Assembly (NCBI RefSeq): GCF_006345805.1
Contig: NC_042998.1
Span: 198,710,001-198,774,000 of the forward strand
Direction: 5' to 3'
DNA from: Octopus sinensis
Lineage: Eukaryota
DNA length: 64,000 bases
Shown here: positions 38,387 to 51,947 of the stretch, piece by piece
Layout of the letters: each line of letters begins with the position of its first letter
Numbering within the stretch: the stretch's first letter is position 1
Notes under the pieces: model-generated
Database searches by the model: none
What the model saw: the letters and a program-made list of their open reading frames with translations, nothing else
What the model was told of the DNA's origin: nothing
Position numbers and translations under genes: made by a program

Positions 38387-38545
38387 AATATTATTGGTGA
38401 ATTGAAGAAATGGAGCTGAACGCAGATTGAACAGAAATCGTTTTATTTCATTCTACACGTGCCTTTCGAAACACGTGTAGAATGAAATAAAACGATTTCT
38501 GTTCAATCTTCGTTCAGCTCCATTTCTTCAATTCACCAATAATAT
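38387..38545. repeat. Palindrome of about 160 bp with its apex at a hammerhead GAAA-CACGTG-TA half
   Basis: Arms of about 75 bp with loop CCTTTCGAAA; arm start resembles the 28447 element (GAAGAAATGGAGCTGAACG). Confidence 0.88.
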
Positions 38546-38695
38546 TTTAATTTCAATTATCCGCACCAACGCACGGTTGCAACACCATATGGTTGTACCT
38601 CCAACCGTGCTGTTTACTGCTGTTATTTTTGCTACTAAGGTATCGGTTAAACTTTTGATTAATCTACTACAAGATTATTCATCTTTCTATTTCAC

Positions 38696-38734
<39 letters not shown>

Positions 38735-39489
38735 ATATTTGTGTGTATGTGTGTGTGTGTGTGCGTGTGTATATATGTGCGTGTGCGCGAGCTTCTATAT
38801 GTGTATGTGTGTATAGTTCGAAAGAGTCAGGTTCCTCTCGCTGTCCTTCTGTAATTTGTTCAACCATATTTTTTTATTGGGCGAGGACATAGTAAGAGAC
38901 TCCTTATATATATTCAAAACTAGCATTTTATAATAAGGAAGGACAATAGGATTGGTTGTCGTTGTTGTTTGGCCCCACGACGGCCTAAACTGATCATAAG
39001 TGTTTCTACTGACCCTCGCAACTTTCATCTAGACACAAAATATCCTCAGACTATATTATCCAGTGTTTTTATTTTAAATTCTAATGCAGCGCATTGAGTG
39101 AGGTTTGGCTGCTATTTCTAGCAGGAAAAACAGTCATTGTTAATGTTTTCAATACTGCTAGCTTAAACTTTTGACCGTTGATTCCTGTCCGCTTTCAGCA
39201 GTCAAAGAATAATATACCTTTTGTTTGTGCTAATTTTAGCAGTGTTGTGCCTTTAATATGGCTTCCATAACCAATCCTCTAGTTTTGTTAAGAATTCTGT
39301 ATAATGCAGACGCAGCGGAATTGTTTCATTGACCAGAAATATCACGAAACGATTTCACTCTTCATTAAATAGAGAAGTACCCGAAAACTAAGTTTTCATA
39401 CGTTTTTATATGGCTAAAATGACTGTTCCACGATGTAATTTTGTTCAGCTACAACGCAGTCTTAGACTAAGCCACTTATCAAACAAGTA

Positions 39490-40657
39490 CAACACCGAAA
39501 TCTATATATATTTCTTTCGACCCCGAAAGGATGAAAGGCAAAGTCGACCTCGGCAGAATTTGAACTCAGAACGTAACGGCAGATGAAATACGTCTACGCA
39601 TTTCGCCCGACGTGCTAACGTTTCTGCCAGCTCTTCGCCAACACCAAAATCTATATATATTTCTTTATTGCCCACAAGGGGCTAAACATAGAGGGGACAA
39701 ACAAGGACAGACAAAGGGATTCAATCGATTACATCGACCCCAGTGCGTAACTAGTACTTTATTTATCGACCCCGAAAGGTTGAAAGGCAAAGTCGATCTC
39801 GGCGGAATTTGAACTCAGAACGTAACGGCAGACGAAATACCGTTGAGCATTTCGCCCGACGTGCTAACGTTTCTGCCAGCTCCCCGCCAACACCAAAATC
39901 TATATATATATTTCTTTATTGCCCACAAGGGACTAAACACAGAGGGGACAAACAAGGACAGACAAAGGGATTCAGTCGATTACATCGACCCCAGTGCGAA
40001 AGTGGTACTTTATTTATCGACCCCGAAAGGTTGAAAGGCAAAGTCGATCTCGGCGGAATTTGAACTCAGAACGTAACGGCAGATGAAATACGTCTACGCA
40101 TTTCGCCAGACGTGCTAACGTTTCTGCCAGCTCTTCGCCAACACCAAAATCTATATATATTTCTTTATTGCCCACAAGGGGCTAAACATAGAGGGGACAA
40201 ACAAGGACAGACAAAGGGATTCAGTCGATTACATCGACCCCAGTGCGAAAGTGGTACTTTATTTATCGACCCCGAAAGGTTGAAAGGCAAAGTCGATCTC
40301 GGCGGAATTTGAACTCAGAACGTAACGGCAGATGAAATACCGTTGAGCATTTCGCCCGACGTGCTAACGTTTCTGCCAGCTCCCCGCCAACACCAAAATA
40401 TATATATATATTTCTTTATTGCCCACAAGGGGCTAAACACAGAGGGGACAAACAAGGACAGACAAAGGGATTCAGTCGGTTACATCGACCCCAGTGCGAA
40501 AGTGGTACATAATTTATTGACCCCGAAAGGATGAAAGGCAAAGTCGACCTCGGCGGAATTTGAACTCAGAACGTAACGGCAGAGGAAATACGTCTACGCA
40601 TTTCGCCCGACGTGCTAACGTTTCTGCCAGCTCCCCGCCAACACCAAAATCTATATA
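39490..40657 (-). repeat. Tandem array of five SINE A copies (period about 250 bp; first copy internally deleted)
   Basis: Units separated by CAACACCAAAATCTATATA; two variant types alternate. Confidence 0.9.
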
Positions 40658-41250
40658 ACTACGCGTTTTCATTTTTATTTATTCGTTTATTTTTATCGGA
40701 TTGGTTGTTGCGCTTGATTCTTATCACATTTGCACGGCTAAGTGTTATAGCTTTCTCGTCTGTAATCAAATTTATTAAATTCATAGATCATTTGCTGCAT
40801 ATTCACAGATTTGCAGGAATGTGGGTTGTCATTTTAATAAGGAAGTTTTCAATGTTTGTGTTTTCATGTCTAATCGCAATACATTTTGGTTTCCTCTGTA
40901 ACCTTTTGATAAAATATTCACATAGTGCCATGACAAGATTGTATTTGTTCAAGTAACATGCTTTATTTGTCGTTTTTGTATTTTAATAGGTTTTGAGTTG
41001 AATTTATTCGCTGCGTTGTTCTGTGTTTGGGTCCGTTAATTTGTTTCTATATTTGTTTGTTGAATAGTTTCTATAGATCTCTTTGCATGGCATTTCGTTT
41101 GCGGAGGCGGATTTGAACTTTCTTCAAAGCAGTAATTTCTCCATTGGCGTTTTATATCTGAGTATTTAAAATACCAATGAACTTATACTAACTCCATTTA
41201 TAGGTCTTTAAGTATAATCATATACGGTGTATCTCATTTTTATCTTAATA

Positions 41251-41648
41251 CTAACAGTGTAACCCGGCGTTGCTCGGGTTTGTTTCGACCCTTTAGAATT
41301 GGTACTTTTTGAAAAGTAAAAATTTTGCATTATGTAGCTTGTTATTCTCTTTAAGTGAACATTTTTCTGGTTGAAATACACTGAAAAATGGCGACACAAC
41401 AGTAAAAAAATCGTAAAAAAATTGGGATTTTCATAGAAAAAAAAAGCACCTTTTTGATGTAAATAATTTTTGGTGTTAACATGGTCCGATTTGAATTTTT
41501 TCTTCTACGGAATGAAGAGCAAGCCTTCTTCTATCGTACTTTCAATTTTGGTCAAATTGCGCCACAGAGTCTCAGAGGAGAGAGTATTAGTTGAAAGCTA
41601 CCAAACCTGCCACACACACACAGACAACTTCAGCTTTATATATATAGA
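41251..41648 (-). mobile_element. Non-autonomous Helitron, related termini but different interior
   Basis: CCCGGCGTTGCTCGGG hairpin, TTAG 3' end and TC-TATATATA 5' end. Confidence 0.75.
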
Positions 41649-41905
41649 TTTATATCTTGAAATTATAATTTTTAACCTATTCAGGATATTAAATGTTTTA
41701 ACAGAGTTGGTCTGAAGGTCACCCTTTAAAACCTCGAAATGTACACTATATGTTTATTCTGCTGCATCACGTTTTTTTTTCTATTGTGACAGCGTCTCAA
41801 ATAATTTCTATTAAATTTTCTCAACAAACATAACACAGTGTTTTACGGAGATGTACTTGCATAGCAAGTGATTTGATCTGAGATCGTGTGCTGAAACGAA
41901 AACAA

Positions 41906-42111
41906 TTGCAGCGTGGAAGGTGTTTGTAAGCCATTTAAGAAATACACAAAAGCCGTTCGATTCACCGTGATGCAGCACGGATCTTTGTCAGTGAACAGGT
42001 CGCGGTCTTAAAGCGACGAAAATATTTTGACAAATTAAACTTAAATGTTGAAGTGAATCGAACGGCTTTTGTGTGTTTTTTAATGGCTTATAAACACCTT
42101 CCACGCTGCAA
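41906..42111. mobile_element. MITE-like element with inverted repeats of about 60 bp
   Basis: TTGCAGCGTGGAAGGTGTTT...CGATTCAC / GTGAATCG...CCTTCCACGCTGCAA. Confidence 0.65.
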
Positions 42112-43418
42112 GTGGTAACACAGTGTATTTATTCATTAGAATATGAATCTATTCCATTGCAACTTAGGTCTTTCTACTTTCGTTCACATACATTTAATAT
42201 GTAACGAAAGCTGGCGTGAAAAATGGAAACGAGAAACCCAAAGAAGTGACCGAGTGAAGCCTAAGCTTTGAATAAAAGAATACACGCATCACGTGTGCGC
42301 ATGTGTAAACAGGACCACTCAGTTACGGAGCCTTGAGCCCAATAAAATCTTAGCGTAAGGTAGAGTTTTGTAATGCGAATCCTATTTTATCAATTACTTC
42401 CAGACTATATAAAGGTCAATGAAGGTATTTCGATTGATAGAACGCTACGTTACAAGATTTTCATGGATGTAATACTTTTGTAACGCTGGCGACACTTGTA
42501 TTGATGAAAGAGAAACAAAAGCATCAAAAGCAGCGACAAACGGAAGCTGAAATTTCATGTGTGTGTGTGTGTGTGTGAGGGTGCGTATAATTATTCGAAT
42601 TTTTCGTCTGAAGAAGGAGCTGGTTTCTAACAAAGATGCAAAGCTCCGTCTTTGGAATGTAGATAACGAAAACAATGTGACATTTTAAACTTGAGGAAAG
42701 TCTTTCATAGCATTACTGTTCCGCTTACAGATTGTATTTTGCTATGTGCGAATCAATTGGTTGATTTCATTTTCAGAAAATCCAAGCTTATCCGGACTGA
42801 CTGTTAGGCATTTACCTACAAAACCAAGTGCTTCAATCATTATTTGTATAAATGTAGATTTGTAATCTGAATATAGCAGCTGCTGGTTTTGAACCAGTTG
42901 TTCACAATTGGCTTCTTACTCTTTTCAGACTCACCGGTAGAGTTTATTCATTTACTTATTCATTTTTCCTAAATTTTTTCCTAAAATTTTCGTTACGACT
43001 TGCAACCTTTCAATAGTGATTGACTCAGTCCATTATCCGAGCTGCGTTCTACATGACAACAGAAAACAGTCCTCCATGCGCTACCAACACGCCAAGGACC
43101 AACATGGAGGCAACCTGGGTCAACTTGACGTCCGCATTTTATCCAATCACCCAAAGGACCCAACACTCAGACAAATACAGGAGTACCTCCTCACAAATGA
43201 AACATCCCCAGTACTAAATAGGAAATATACTCAGTGGGTAATCGTACCCCCATACCTACAGTTTATATTTATATACAGGTACAATAGTTAGTCAGCTGCT
43301 ATGCAGATGTGTGTGTGTGTGTGCATGTATACGTATATGTATATGCACATGTATGTAGGTAGATGAATATGAATGTAAACAGATAGGCATGCAGATGGAT
43401 AGGTACATAGGTAATATC

Positions 43419-43647
43419 AAGGCGGCGAGCTGGCAGAAACGTTAGCACGTCGGGCGAAATGCGTAGCCGTATTTCGTCTGCCGTTACGTTCTGAGTTCAA
43501 ATTCCACCGAGGTCGAATTTGCCTTTCATCCTTTCGAGGTCGATAAATAAAGTACTAGTTACGCACTGGGGTCGATGCAATTGACTTAATCCGTTTGTCT
43601 GTCCTTGTTTGTCCCCTCTATGTTTAGCCCCTTGTGGGCAATAATGA
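43419..43647 (+). mobile_element. SINE family A, full length with TSD
   Basis: Direct repeat TAGGTACATAGGTAATAT on both sides. Confidence 0.85.
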
Positions 43648-44191
43648 AATAGGTACATAGGTAATATGAACAGAAAAGCACACATACATACGCAAAGGAA
43701 GACTGAAACACATGGCCATATACACACACACTTCATTTCACACGAGGACACGTATGGAGACACATTCATACATACAGACACAGTAAGTAGTCACAAAACC
43801 CATACACAGACACACTCAGACATGCACACACAAGACAGAGGTACACACACACAAACATGCAAACACACATAAAATCACAAACATGAACACACAAACTCAT
43901 GAATGTGCAGAATACATACGTACATATATACATACGCACAAACACATACATGCATACACACACTAACATGCATGTATACATACATACACACATATGTATG
44001 TGCGCACACACTGATCCACACACATGCACGCAAACAAAAAGAACGCAGCTCGGATAATGAACAGAGTCAACGACTATTGAATAGGTTGCAAGACGCAACG
44101 AACATTTTAGGAAAAATGAATAAATGAGTGGAAACTTCACCGAGGAGTATGTTAATAATAAGGCACTAAGAGAGAATGACTCTCCCCAGAC

Positions 44192-44283
<92 letters not shown>

Positions 44284-44321
44284 TATACACACACACAAAC
44301 ACACACACACAAACACACACA

Positions 44322-44368
<47 letters not shown>

Positions 44369-45569
44369 GCACGCACGCACAGACAGGCAACAGCTAGTAT
44401 ATGTATATGTGCGCGTGTGTATAACTACATACATGGTGTTGGTGATGTCTTTCCTTCTGTAGACTTTTTCCCTTTCTTCATTCTGACGAAGAACTATGCG
44501 CGAAACGTCAAAAACATTTTACTTATAGTCAACCTAATACATTCCTTGTGCACGTCCTTTTGTTGTTTGTTATCGCTAATTTTATTGTTCATTTATTTGT
44601 TTTGACTATAAACATACATGCATACACAGACACACACACACATATAAGTCACAATATATGGATTCAAGTAATCCGGTAGTACTCATGAAAAAGCTCCTTC
44701 ATGTATCATTCCACAAAACACATATTTCGTACGATACAAGAGAAAAAGATAAAGACTGCATAAAGTCATAAATGGATGAGAAATAGTTTGATGAAATTAC
44801 TTACATGTCTGTATTAATACAGACACGAAACTTATTTGTTATCAAATTATAATGTAAATTATTTACATGTTCTTAAGTTACGAAACAATTTGTTGTGACA
44901 TTTGAATTTTCTTATTGCTATATATATACATACACACACGCACAGCTATTAATCTTTTATTTTTTACTTGTTTCAGCCATTAAGGCTACGGCCTAGCTAC
45001 GGCACCACTTTGAATTCTAGTCGAACAAATCAACCCCAGTACTTATCTTTTTAAAAGCCTGGTACTTATTCTATCCGTCTTTTTTGCTGAACCACTAACG
45101 TGCGGGGACGTAAACAAACCAGCACCGGTTGTCAGGCAGTGGTCTCACACACACACACCACACACACACACACACACACACTCTCTCACTCACACGCATA
45201 CATATACAGACATACACACACGCACTCTCTCTCTCTCAAACACACGCATACACATACACACACACACACGTACACAAGTACACAAATATGACAGGCTTCT
45301 TTCAGTTTCCGTCTACCAAATCCGTTCACAAGTCTTTGGTCGGCTCGAGGTTATAAAGAAGACATTGGCCGATGGGTCCATGCAGTGGGAATGAACGCGG
45401 AACCATATGCTTGGGAAACAAACTTCTTACCACACCCCTACGCCTGCGCCCATATGTGTTGTGTGCGTGCGTGCAAGTGTTTGTGCATTTGTGTGTGTGT
45501 GCGTACGTGTATGTATGTGTGAAGGTGTATGTGTATACACACACATGGATGTATGCATTATATTACATC

Positions 45570-45644
45570 CCGATATATATATATATAGATATCATATTTA
45601 TTTATATTATATATATATATATATCATATTTATATTATATATAT

Positions 45645-45727
<83 letters not shown>

Positions 45728-45873
45728 AACTAATATTTTAAATATTCGAATTATTGATGGAGCACTTTGGTAATAAATGTTATTTATATCTTTTGAATGA
45801 ATTATGCCATGGGAAGCACTTGCAGGTCTATATCTATGCGTATATATATATATTGCATGTCTATTATTTTTGA

Positions 45874-45920
<47 letters not shown>

Positions 45921-45924
45921 TATA

Positions 45925-45962
<38 letters not shown>

Positions 45963-45990
45963 GAGTGTACGTATGTATACCTATATATAC

Positions 45991-46034
<44 letters not shown>

Positions 46035-46092
46035 CTATATATATATTTATATATATATATACTTATATATATATATTTATATATATTTATAT

Positions 46093-46155
<63 letters not shown>

Positions 46156-46208
46156 GTGTGTATGTATATAGTGTGTGTGCGTATGCACAGACACACACAT
46201 ACATGTTT

Positions 46209-46258
<50 letters not shown>

Positions 46259-46317
46259 GTATATATATATATGAGTGTACGTATGTATACCTATATATAC
46301 ATATATATACATATATG

Positions 46318-46348
<31 letters not shown>

Positions 46349-46363
46349 ATATTTATATATATT

Positions 46364-46401
<38 letters not shown>

Positions 46402-46545
46402 TATACTTATATATATATATTTATATATATTTATATTATATATATATATATATATATATAATTTGTGTGTGTATGTATATAGTGTGTGTGCGTATGCACA
46501 GACACACACATACATGTTTATACATATATATATATATTTATGCGC
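45570..46545. repeat. (TA)n field with an internal duplication of about 310 bp; other TA fields at 28995-29345, 52660-53160 and 53490-54245
   Basis: ATGAGTGTACGTATGTATACC occurs at 45961 and 46271. Confidence 0.9.
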
Positions 46546-46807
46546 ACGCGTGTGTGCACGTATGTATGTGTATGTGTATATTCATATTTGAACACTCCAC
46601 ATGTTTTTAGTGATGAATGATGTAACTGCTCCGTGATAAAGAACATAAACTAATGTGGATAATATAATATAGCCTAATGAATAGAGTTTAGCAAAATCTG
46701 ACACCTACAATGTCACTTGACAGAAATAGCGATGACAACGGAAGGAAGGTTCGTATGCTGCAAAATTATATTTAAGATTGAAGAGAATAAAAATAATTAT
46801 CTCTTGC

Positions 46808-46965
46808 CTGCTCAAGATGACCTCTCGCATCTTGTACTCTCTCCAGATCTGTTATCTTATACGTTTGGGTCTGAAAACTGTTGATCTCTCGTAGAGCTTT
46901 GGTCAGTTGGCCGGAGGTGACTAGATTGGTTTCTTGCAAGTGGATCACTTGTTGCTGAAGATCGG
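46808..46965 (-). CDS. Host gene coding exon D (DLQQQVIHLQETNL...GHLEQ), coiled coil, probable GC donor
   Basis: Acceptor ttctctccccatAG; phase 1 start joins exon C; CAG|GCAAGA donor gives phase 0, matching exon E. Confidence 0.7.
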
Positions 46966-47739
46966 CTATGGGGAGAGAACAAAGAATTAGACAACGTAAA
47001 AGTAGTACCTGTAGCACACACACACACACACACAAACACAAAAGGTTTTACCTTTCTTAAATTCGACATTGTCAACTTCGTCAATATTAGTTTCAGTCTC
47101 GTCAGCGCTAGCCTCACTTTCATTATCGTTAGTCTCGATTTCGTTATCATTAACTCAAGTTTCGCCATTAGCATTAATTTCATTATTAAAGTTAATAATG
47201 CCGAATTTTAGAGAAACCTTGCACACAAAAATATATACACGCACACACACATACCTCTTTGTTTTGACCTGTGGCTGGACACAAAAAACACCACTCCTTA
47301 TTCTTACAAACTGGCCAGCTACTAGCCAGTTATTCGCCATACACACATACACACACACACGCACACACACACACGTGTCATCATTGCACACATACACACA
47401 CACGCGCACACACAGACCTCCGCGCACGCACACATCCACACACATTCCCCTTCTCACTTTCCTTGTCTTTGACATACTACCTACTGTCTTTGAAAACTCT
47501 CCTGTCTTTAAAAAACATTATTCTTCCATCTTTCTACTTCCGGTCTTTCAATATGTGACCTCGTGAGTACCGTTGGCGATTTTTTTTCCTCTGTCTTCCC
47601 TTCTCGGGATCTTTCCTTCTCCTATGTTTCCGACGAAGAGCTCCGCTCGAAACGTTGAACGTCCAATAATACTTTATTTGTTCCACGTCCTCGCGTTGTT
47701 GTTTTTTTTTTTTGTTTTTTTGTGTTTTCTTGTTTGGAT

Positions 47740-47784
<45 letters not shown>

Positions 47785-48335
47785 GCACACACAAATCATT
47801 CCTTCAGAATCAGATTCCAAAGATCAACGATGTATAAGAAGCTTGAGTAATAAGTGTCACTTGTGTCTTAAACCAAGTTAGTCAGCAGCTGGTCTTAAAA
47901 GTCATCGACGGAGGGATTGTGCTGTGTGTGCTGAGGCAACGGCTATCATCTGTCAAGATGAAGCAATCATCATGTATATATATATGTATGTATATATGTA
48001 TGTAAGTATGTACACATATTTATACACACATTCATACATTCATATATAAATTGTACAATGAAAAACCAAATAGTAATATTTTGCAATAATTTAATGCGTT
48101 CGCTTCAGGCTTGTGTAATATATAATAGGATATGCATCCATTAAGTAAACCCTCTTCAGTTAAAGCATTTCAAAATGTCATTATTTAGTTCACTTGAGTA
48201 TTCCAACTTATACGACTTGCCAGATTTAAACTCCACATATGCGGAAACTCTAACCACGATTTGGAGTAGTTTATTATACTTGACTCGAGTCGAAAATTCT
48301 GGTACCCCCACACACTTTCGACAGAAAGATACACA

Positions 48336-48391
<56 letters not shown>

Positions 48392-48397
48392 TGTGTA

Positions 48398-48435
48398 TCT
48401 TTCTGTCGAAGAGCGTAGGCTCGAAACGTAAAAGA
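48398..48435 (+). ncRNA. Hammerhead-like motif with a CUGUNGA core; second copy at 38240-38275
   Basis: TCTTT-CTGTCGA-A-GAGC gtag GCTC-GAAA-C-GTA-AAAGA. Confidence 0.5.
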
Positions 48436-48529
48436 CTTGTTCTATTTCTATTCCTATGTATTACTAATACATTTGTTTGTTTGTACTCCACCTGCCTTCG
48501 TCTTTTGTTTATTTTCGTAAACCTTCCCG

Positions 48530-48570
<41 letters not shown>

Positions 48571-49147
48571 CAAACTTGTGGGTTTAATGAATACTGTCAT
48601 TCGTTGCACTGTTATATTGGGGAATATCGTGTATATGAACGTGTGGGTTTTAGCTTAATCCATGGCTTTCACGCGCATTATTTCCCGAGATATTTTCCGT
48701 ATATTTGCTATGTGAAACTAACTGATTAAAGGATAGGTATCTAGGGAAATTTCACAAGTCATAAATTATAACCTTTAATACAAACCAAGCTGGATATGAA
48801 AGAAAACAAGTAGCATATTTAAACCTATTTGCTGCATAAACAATCGATTTTAATCCTTCGAATACTTAACAGGATTATCATAAACGGTTTCCTTAATTTC
48901 ACTATGCTTCTTTTCAGTCGATAAAGCGATATGTTTAAGCAGTTTGATCAATAGTGAGTAATCCTTTCTATAAAAGCTGATGAAATACTAGTATGTCAAA
49001 AGTGCAATACATCGTTTATGAGATCCGATTTTCTTCACGAGGTTTTATAAATGCAGTGTTGCTTGGTCGATAAAATACCAATCAAGTACTGAGGCCGATT
49101 TAAGAGACTATTCTGTGCCTTTGCATCTATGTTAGTCATTAGTGAAA

Positions 49148-49667
49148 ATATTCTATTGTGTCTGGGGAGAGTCATTTTCTTTTTGTGCCTTATAATGTAA
49201 CACACTCACCAGTAAAATTTCCACTTATTCCTTATTTTTATTGTCCTAAAATTTTCGTTGCGTCTTGCAACCTTTTCAAGTCTTAACTCTGTCCGTTATT
49301 TACACCGTGTTCCCTTTTGTTTGTTTGTGTGCATGTGTGTGGGTCAGTGTGTGTGTGTGCCTATACATACATGCAAGTACGTATGTATATATGTATAGGC
49401 ACACACAAACACTGACCGACACGCATGCGCACAAACAAACAAAAGGGAACACGGTGTAAATAACGGACAGAGTTAAGACTTGAAAAGGTTGCAAGACGCA
49501 ACGAAAATTTCAGGACAATAAAAATAAGAAATAAGAGGAAATTTTACCGGTGAGTGTGTTACATTATAAGGCACAAAAAGAAAATGACTCTCCCCAGACA
49601 CAACAGAATATGCTTCAACACACGAATTCATGTAAAGAATCTTGCAAACCAAATCCAAAAACGAAAT
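49148..49667. repeat. Fold-back element, family F (GTCTGGGGAGAGTCATTTTC...), hairpin of about 460 bp
   Basis: 49148-49375 pairs with 49385-49611; related copies at 37371-37586, 42930-43055, 44036-44190 and 63110-63374. Confidence 0.85.
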
Positions 49668-49713
49668 AATGAAAATATGTTATAGATAAAACAAAATAAC
49701 AAAATAAACCAAC

Positions 49714-49900
49714 CGATCTGCTTATGAAGGACTAAATTGTCACCGTGAAATGAAGAACAAATAGAATAGGCGTCCGAATTGATAGAACTGTTTTGACTAT
49801 TGGCTACTAGGTGGCGGTAGCGGAACAGCTCTTCCTTGAGTCTCATAACTTCATCTTGAAGACTTTGTTTTTCTTCTTTTAGGTGTTTCACAAGGCTATC
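49714..49900 (-). CDS. Host gene coding exon C (DSLVKHLKEEKQSLQDEVMRLKEEL...HKQI), coiled coil
   Basis: Acceptor ctcttttgatAG and donor ATCG|GTTGGT (an alternative phase-1 donor CACG|GTGACA lies upstream); 187 bp, phase 0 to 1, heptad-like Leu/Glu/Lys pattern. Confidence 0.8.
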
Positions 49901-50727
49901 CTATCAAAAGAGCAGAGAAAGCAACAATTCTAAATTCAAACTGGGCCTATATGAATTTCAGTGAACGAAGAGCATGGTTATAAGCAAAAATATTGAAGAT
50001 TTTCAACAAAGATTTCCATACAGATTCTATTTTCAAGATTGCTTTAATGATATATTAATTGAAATTCAACAGAAATATATTTGAATGTTTGCTGTATTCA
50101 CTGCAAAATACTAATAAATTTCCATTGACCGCCGATGATTATATTTTGTGAGATTCTGTGTTTCAATATAAATATTTATAGGTAGTATCAACTGCAGACG
50201 AATTCACAGAAATTATTAAATATAAAACGGGTAAATTAAGATCACGATCTTGTTTATATATAATCAGTACAATATCTAGGACCCCATTCAGCCATGGCTG
50301 ACTGACTTTTTGCCAGGAAGTTCTTCCCTGAGGTGCGAATCCGGGAAAAGTGTTTTTCTTTATTTTTTTGTTATGAAAGACTACCAGTTGCCTACTTATG
50401 AAAAATTCCCCTCTCTTCGCCATTGATGATGTTGAAGGGAAAGATAAGGGCGATGCAGATTGGCACCGTTATCGTAGCAGGAATTGTCGTTAGATCGCAA
50501 AGGGCAAGAACAGTTACAGGTAACCGATAGCTCTGAATTGGTTCCTTTTTATGGAGTCCGAAAGAATGAAAAGCAAAGTTGACCTCGATGGGACCTGAAC
50601 AGTGAGCGCAGAGAATCGTAACAAATACCGTGGGACATTCTTCTCGATACTCTAAAGACTCTTACTATTTCATAGCTTTATGTTGCATGTACTGGAACAG
50701 GCACGGAACAAACATAATTATATTTTA

Positions 50728-51109
50728 CTAGCAGTATCGCCCGGCGTTGCTCGGGTTTGTAAGGGAAATAACTATATAAGCATTTTTAGAGATGTAAAGT
50801 ATAATAGCCATCTCAATATGGCTAACCACAAAGGGGGGTGTTACTGTAGCTTTTTACGTTCTGAGATTTAATAATACATTTTTAGAGAGTTACTTCCCTT
50901 ATATAATAGCAAAAAAATGCATTAAAAATGGGAAAAAATGATGGTAATTTTTTAAAAATCGTAGACGCGCGCTAATACCCAGAAGCGCTCGATATGAATC
51001 ACGACTATAAGATACCCGCTTTTGGTTACACTGCACCGCAAAATGTGGGAGTAGTTAGGAATCTAAATCGTAGGAGACAGACACACAACTTCACTTTTAT
51101 ATATAAAGA
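50728..51109 (-). mobile_element. Non-autonomous Helitron, same family as 16492-16885
   Basis: Reverse complement with the same termini. Confidence 0.85.
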
Positions 51110-51274
51110 TTTCTTTAAACCAGTGGTCTAATAAGTAACTGTTATTAAATTGAACAAATAAAAGTGCATCTATATGGTCAGCTTTTTCGAAATAGCAACT
51201 AAATCTCTCTCAAAATGTACATTAAGGTCTTTAAAAATGCAAGCAGATTAAATAATGTAGGTCTAACTACAAGT

Positions 51275-51600
51275 GAAGGCGCATGGTTCAGTAGTTAGAG
51301 CGTCGGGCTCACAGTCGTGAAGTAATGAGTTCGATTCTCAGACCGGCCTGTGTGTTGTGTTCTTGAGCAAGACATTTTATTTCACATAGCTTTAAAAATA
51401 AGTTGCGACGTCACTGGTGCCAAGCTATATCGGCGTTCGCCTTTCCCTTAGATAACGTCAATGGTATTGAGAGGTGAAGCTGATATGCATGGGCGACTGC
51501 TGGTCTTCCATAAACAACCTTACCCGGACTTGTGCCTCGGTGGGAAACTTCCTAGGTGCAATGCCATGATCATTCATGACCGAAAGGGGGTCTTTACCAT
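51275..51600 (+). mobile_element. Degenerate tRNA-derived SINE of another subfamily
   Basis: GGCGCATGGTTCAGTAGTTAG...GAGTTCGATTCTC head followed by TTCTTGAGCAAGACA. Confidence 0.55.
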
Positions 51601-51737
51601 TTTAAATACAACACATTAACAAAAGAGACGTTTTAGTTATAGCTGGAACGGCATCATTTATAGTTCGGCTTGATCAATGACCAAAACGACAACGGTAATC
51701 ATTATTAAACATATATTATTAAACATATATCATATAC

Positions 51738-51947
51738 CCTGCATTCCTCTTTCAGAAGTGTTGACTGAGATTGAAGCCAGGACAAGTGAGTCTTGGAAAC
51801 AAGTTCTGGTACGCTGCCACGCAACTGAACTAATTCTACATGGAGCGTCTCATTCATTTTTTGCAGCAGATCCAGTTTATGGGTTAAATCAATATTGTCT
51901 TCAGCATACCTTCCAGGTTTGGTCAGGTCTCTTGTATCACCAGATAC
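51738..51947 (-). CDS. Host gene coding exon B (VSGDTRDL...LKEECR), start of the coiled coil
   Basis: Acceptor tatatcttacAG and donor AGG|GTATAT; 210 bp, phase 0 to 0, open frame. Confidence 0.8.

Noticed and set aside
39490-40657. CRISPR-like regularly spaced array
   Set aside because: The units are whole SINE copies with no unique spacers; eukaryotic context and no cas genes
45372-46610. YIYI/HTHT/VCVC ORFs (also 36522-37032, 43766-44434 and 52860-54190)
   Set aside because: Di- and tetranucleotide repeat translations
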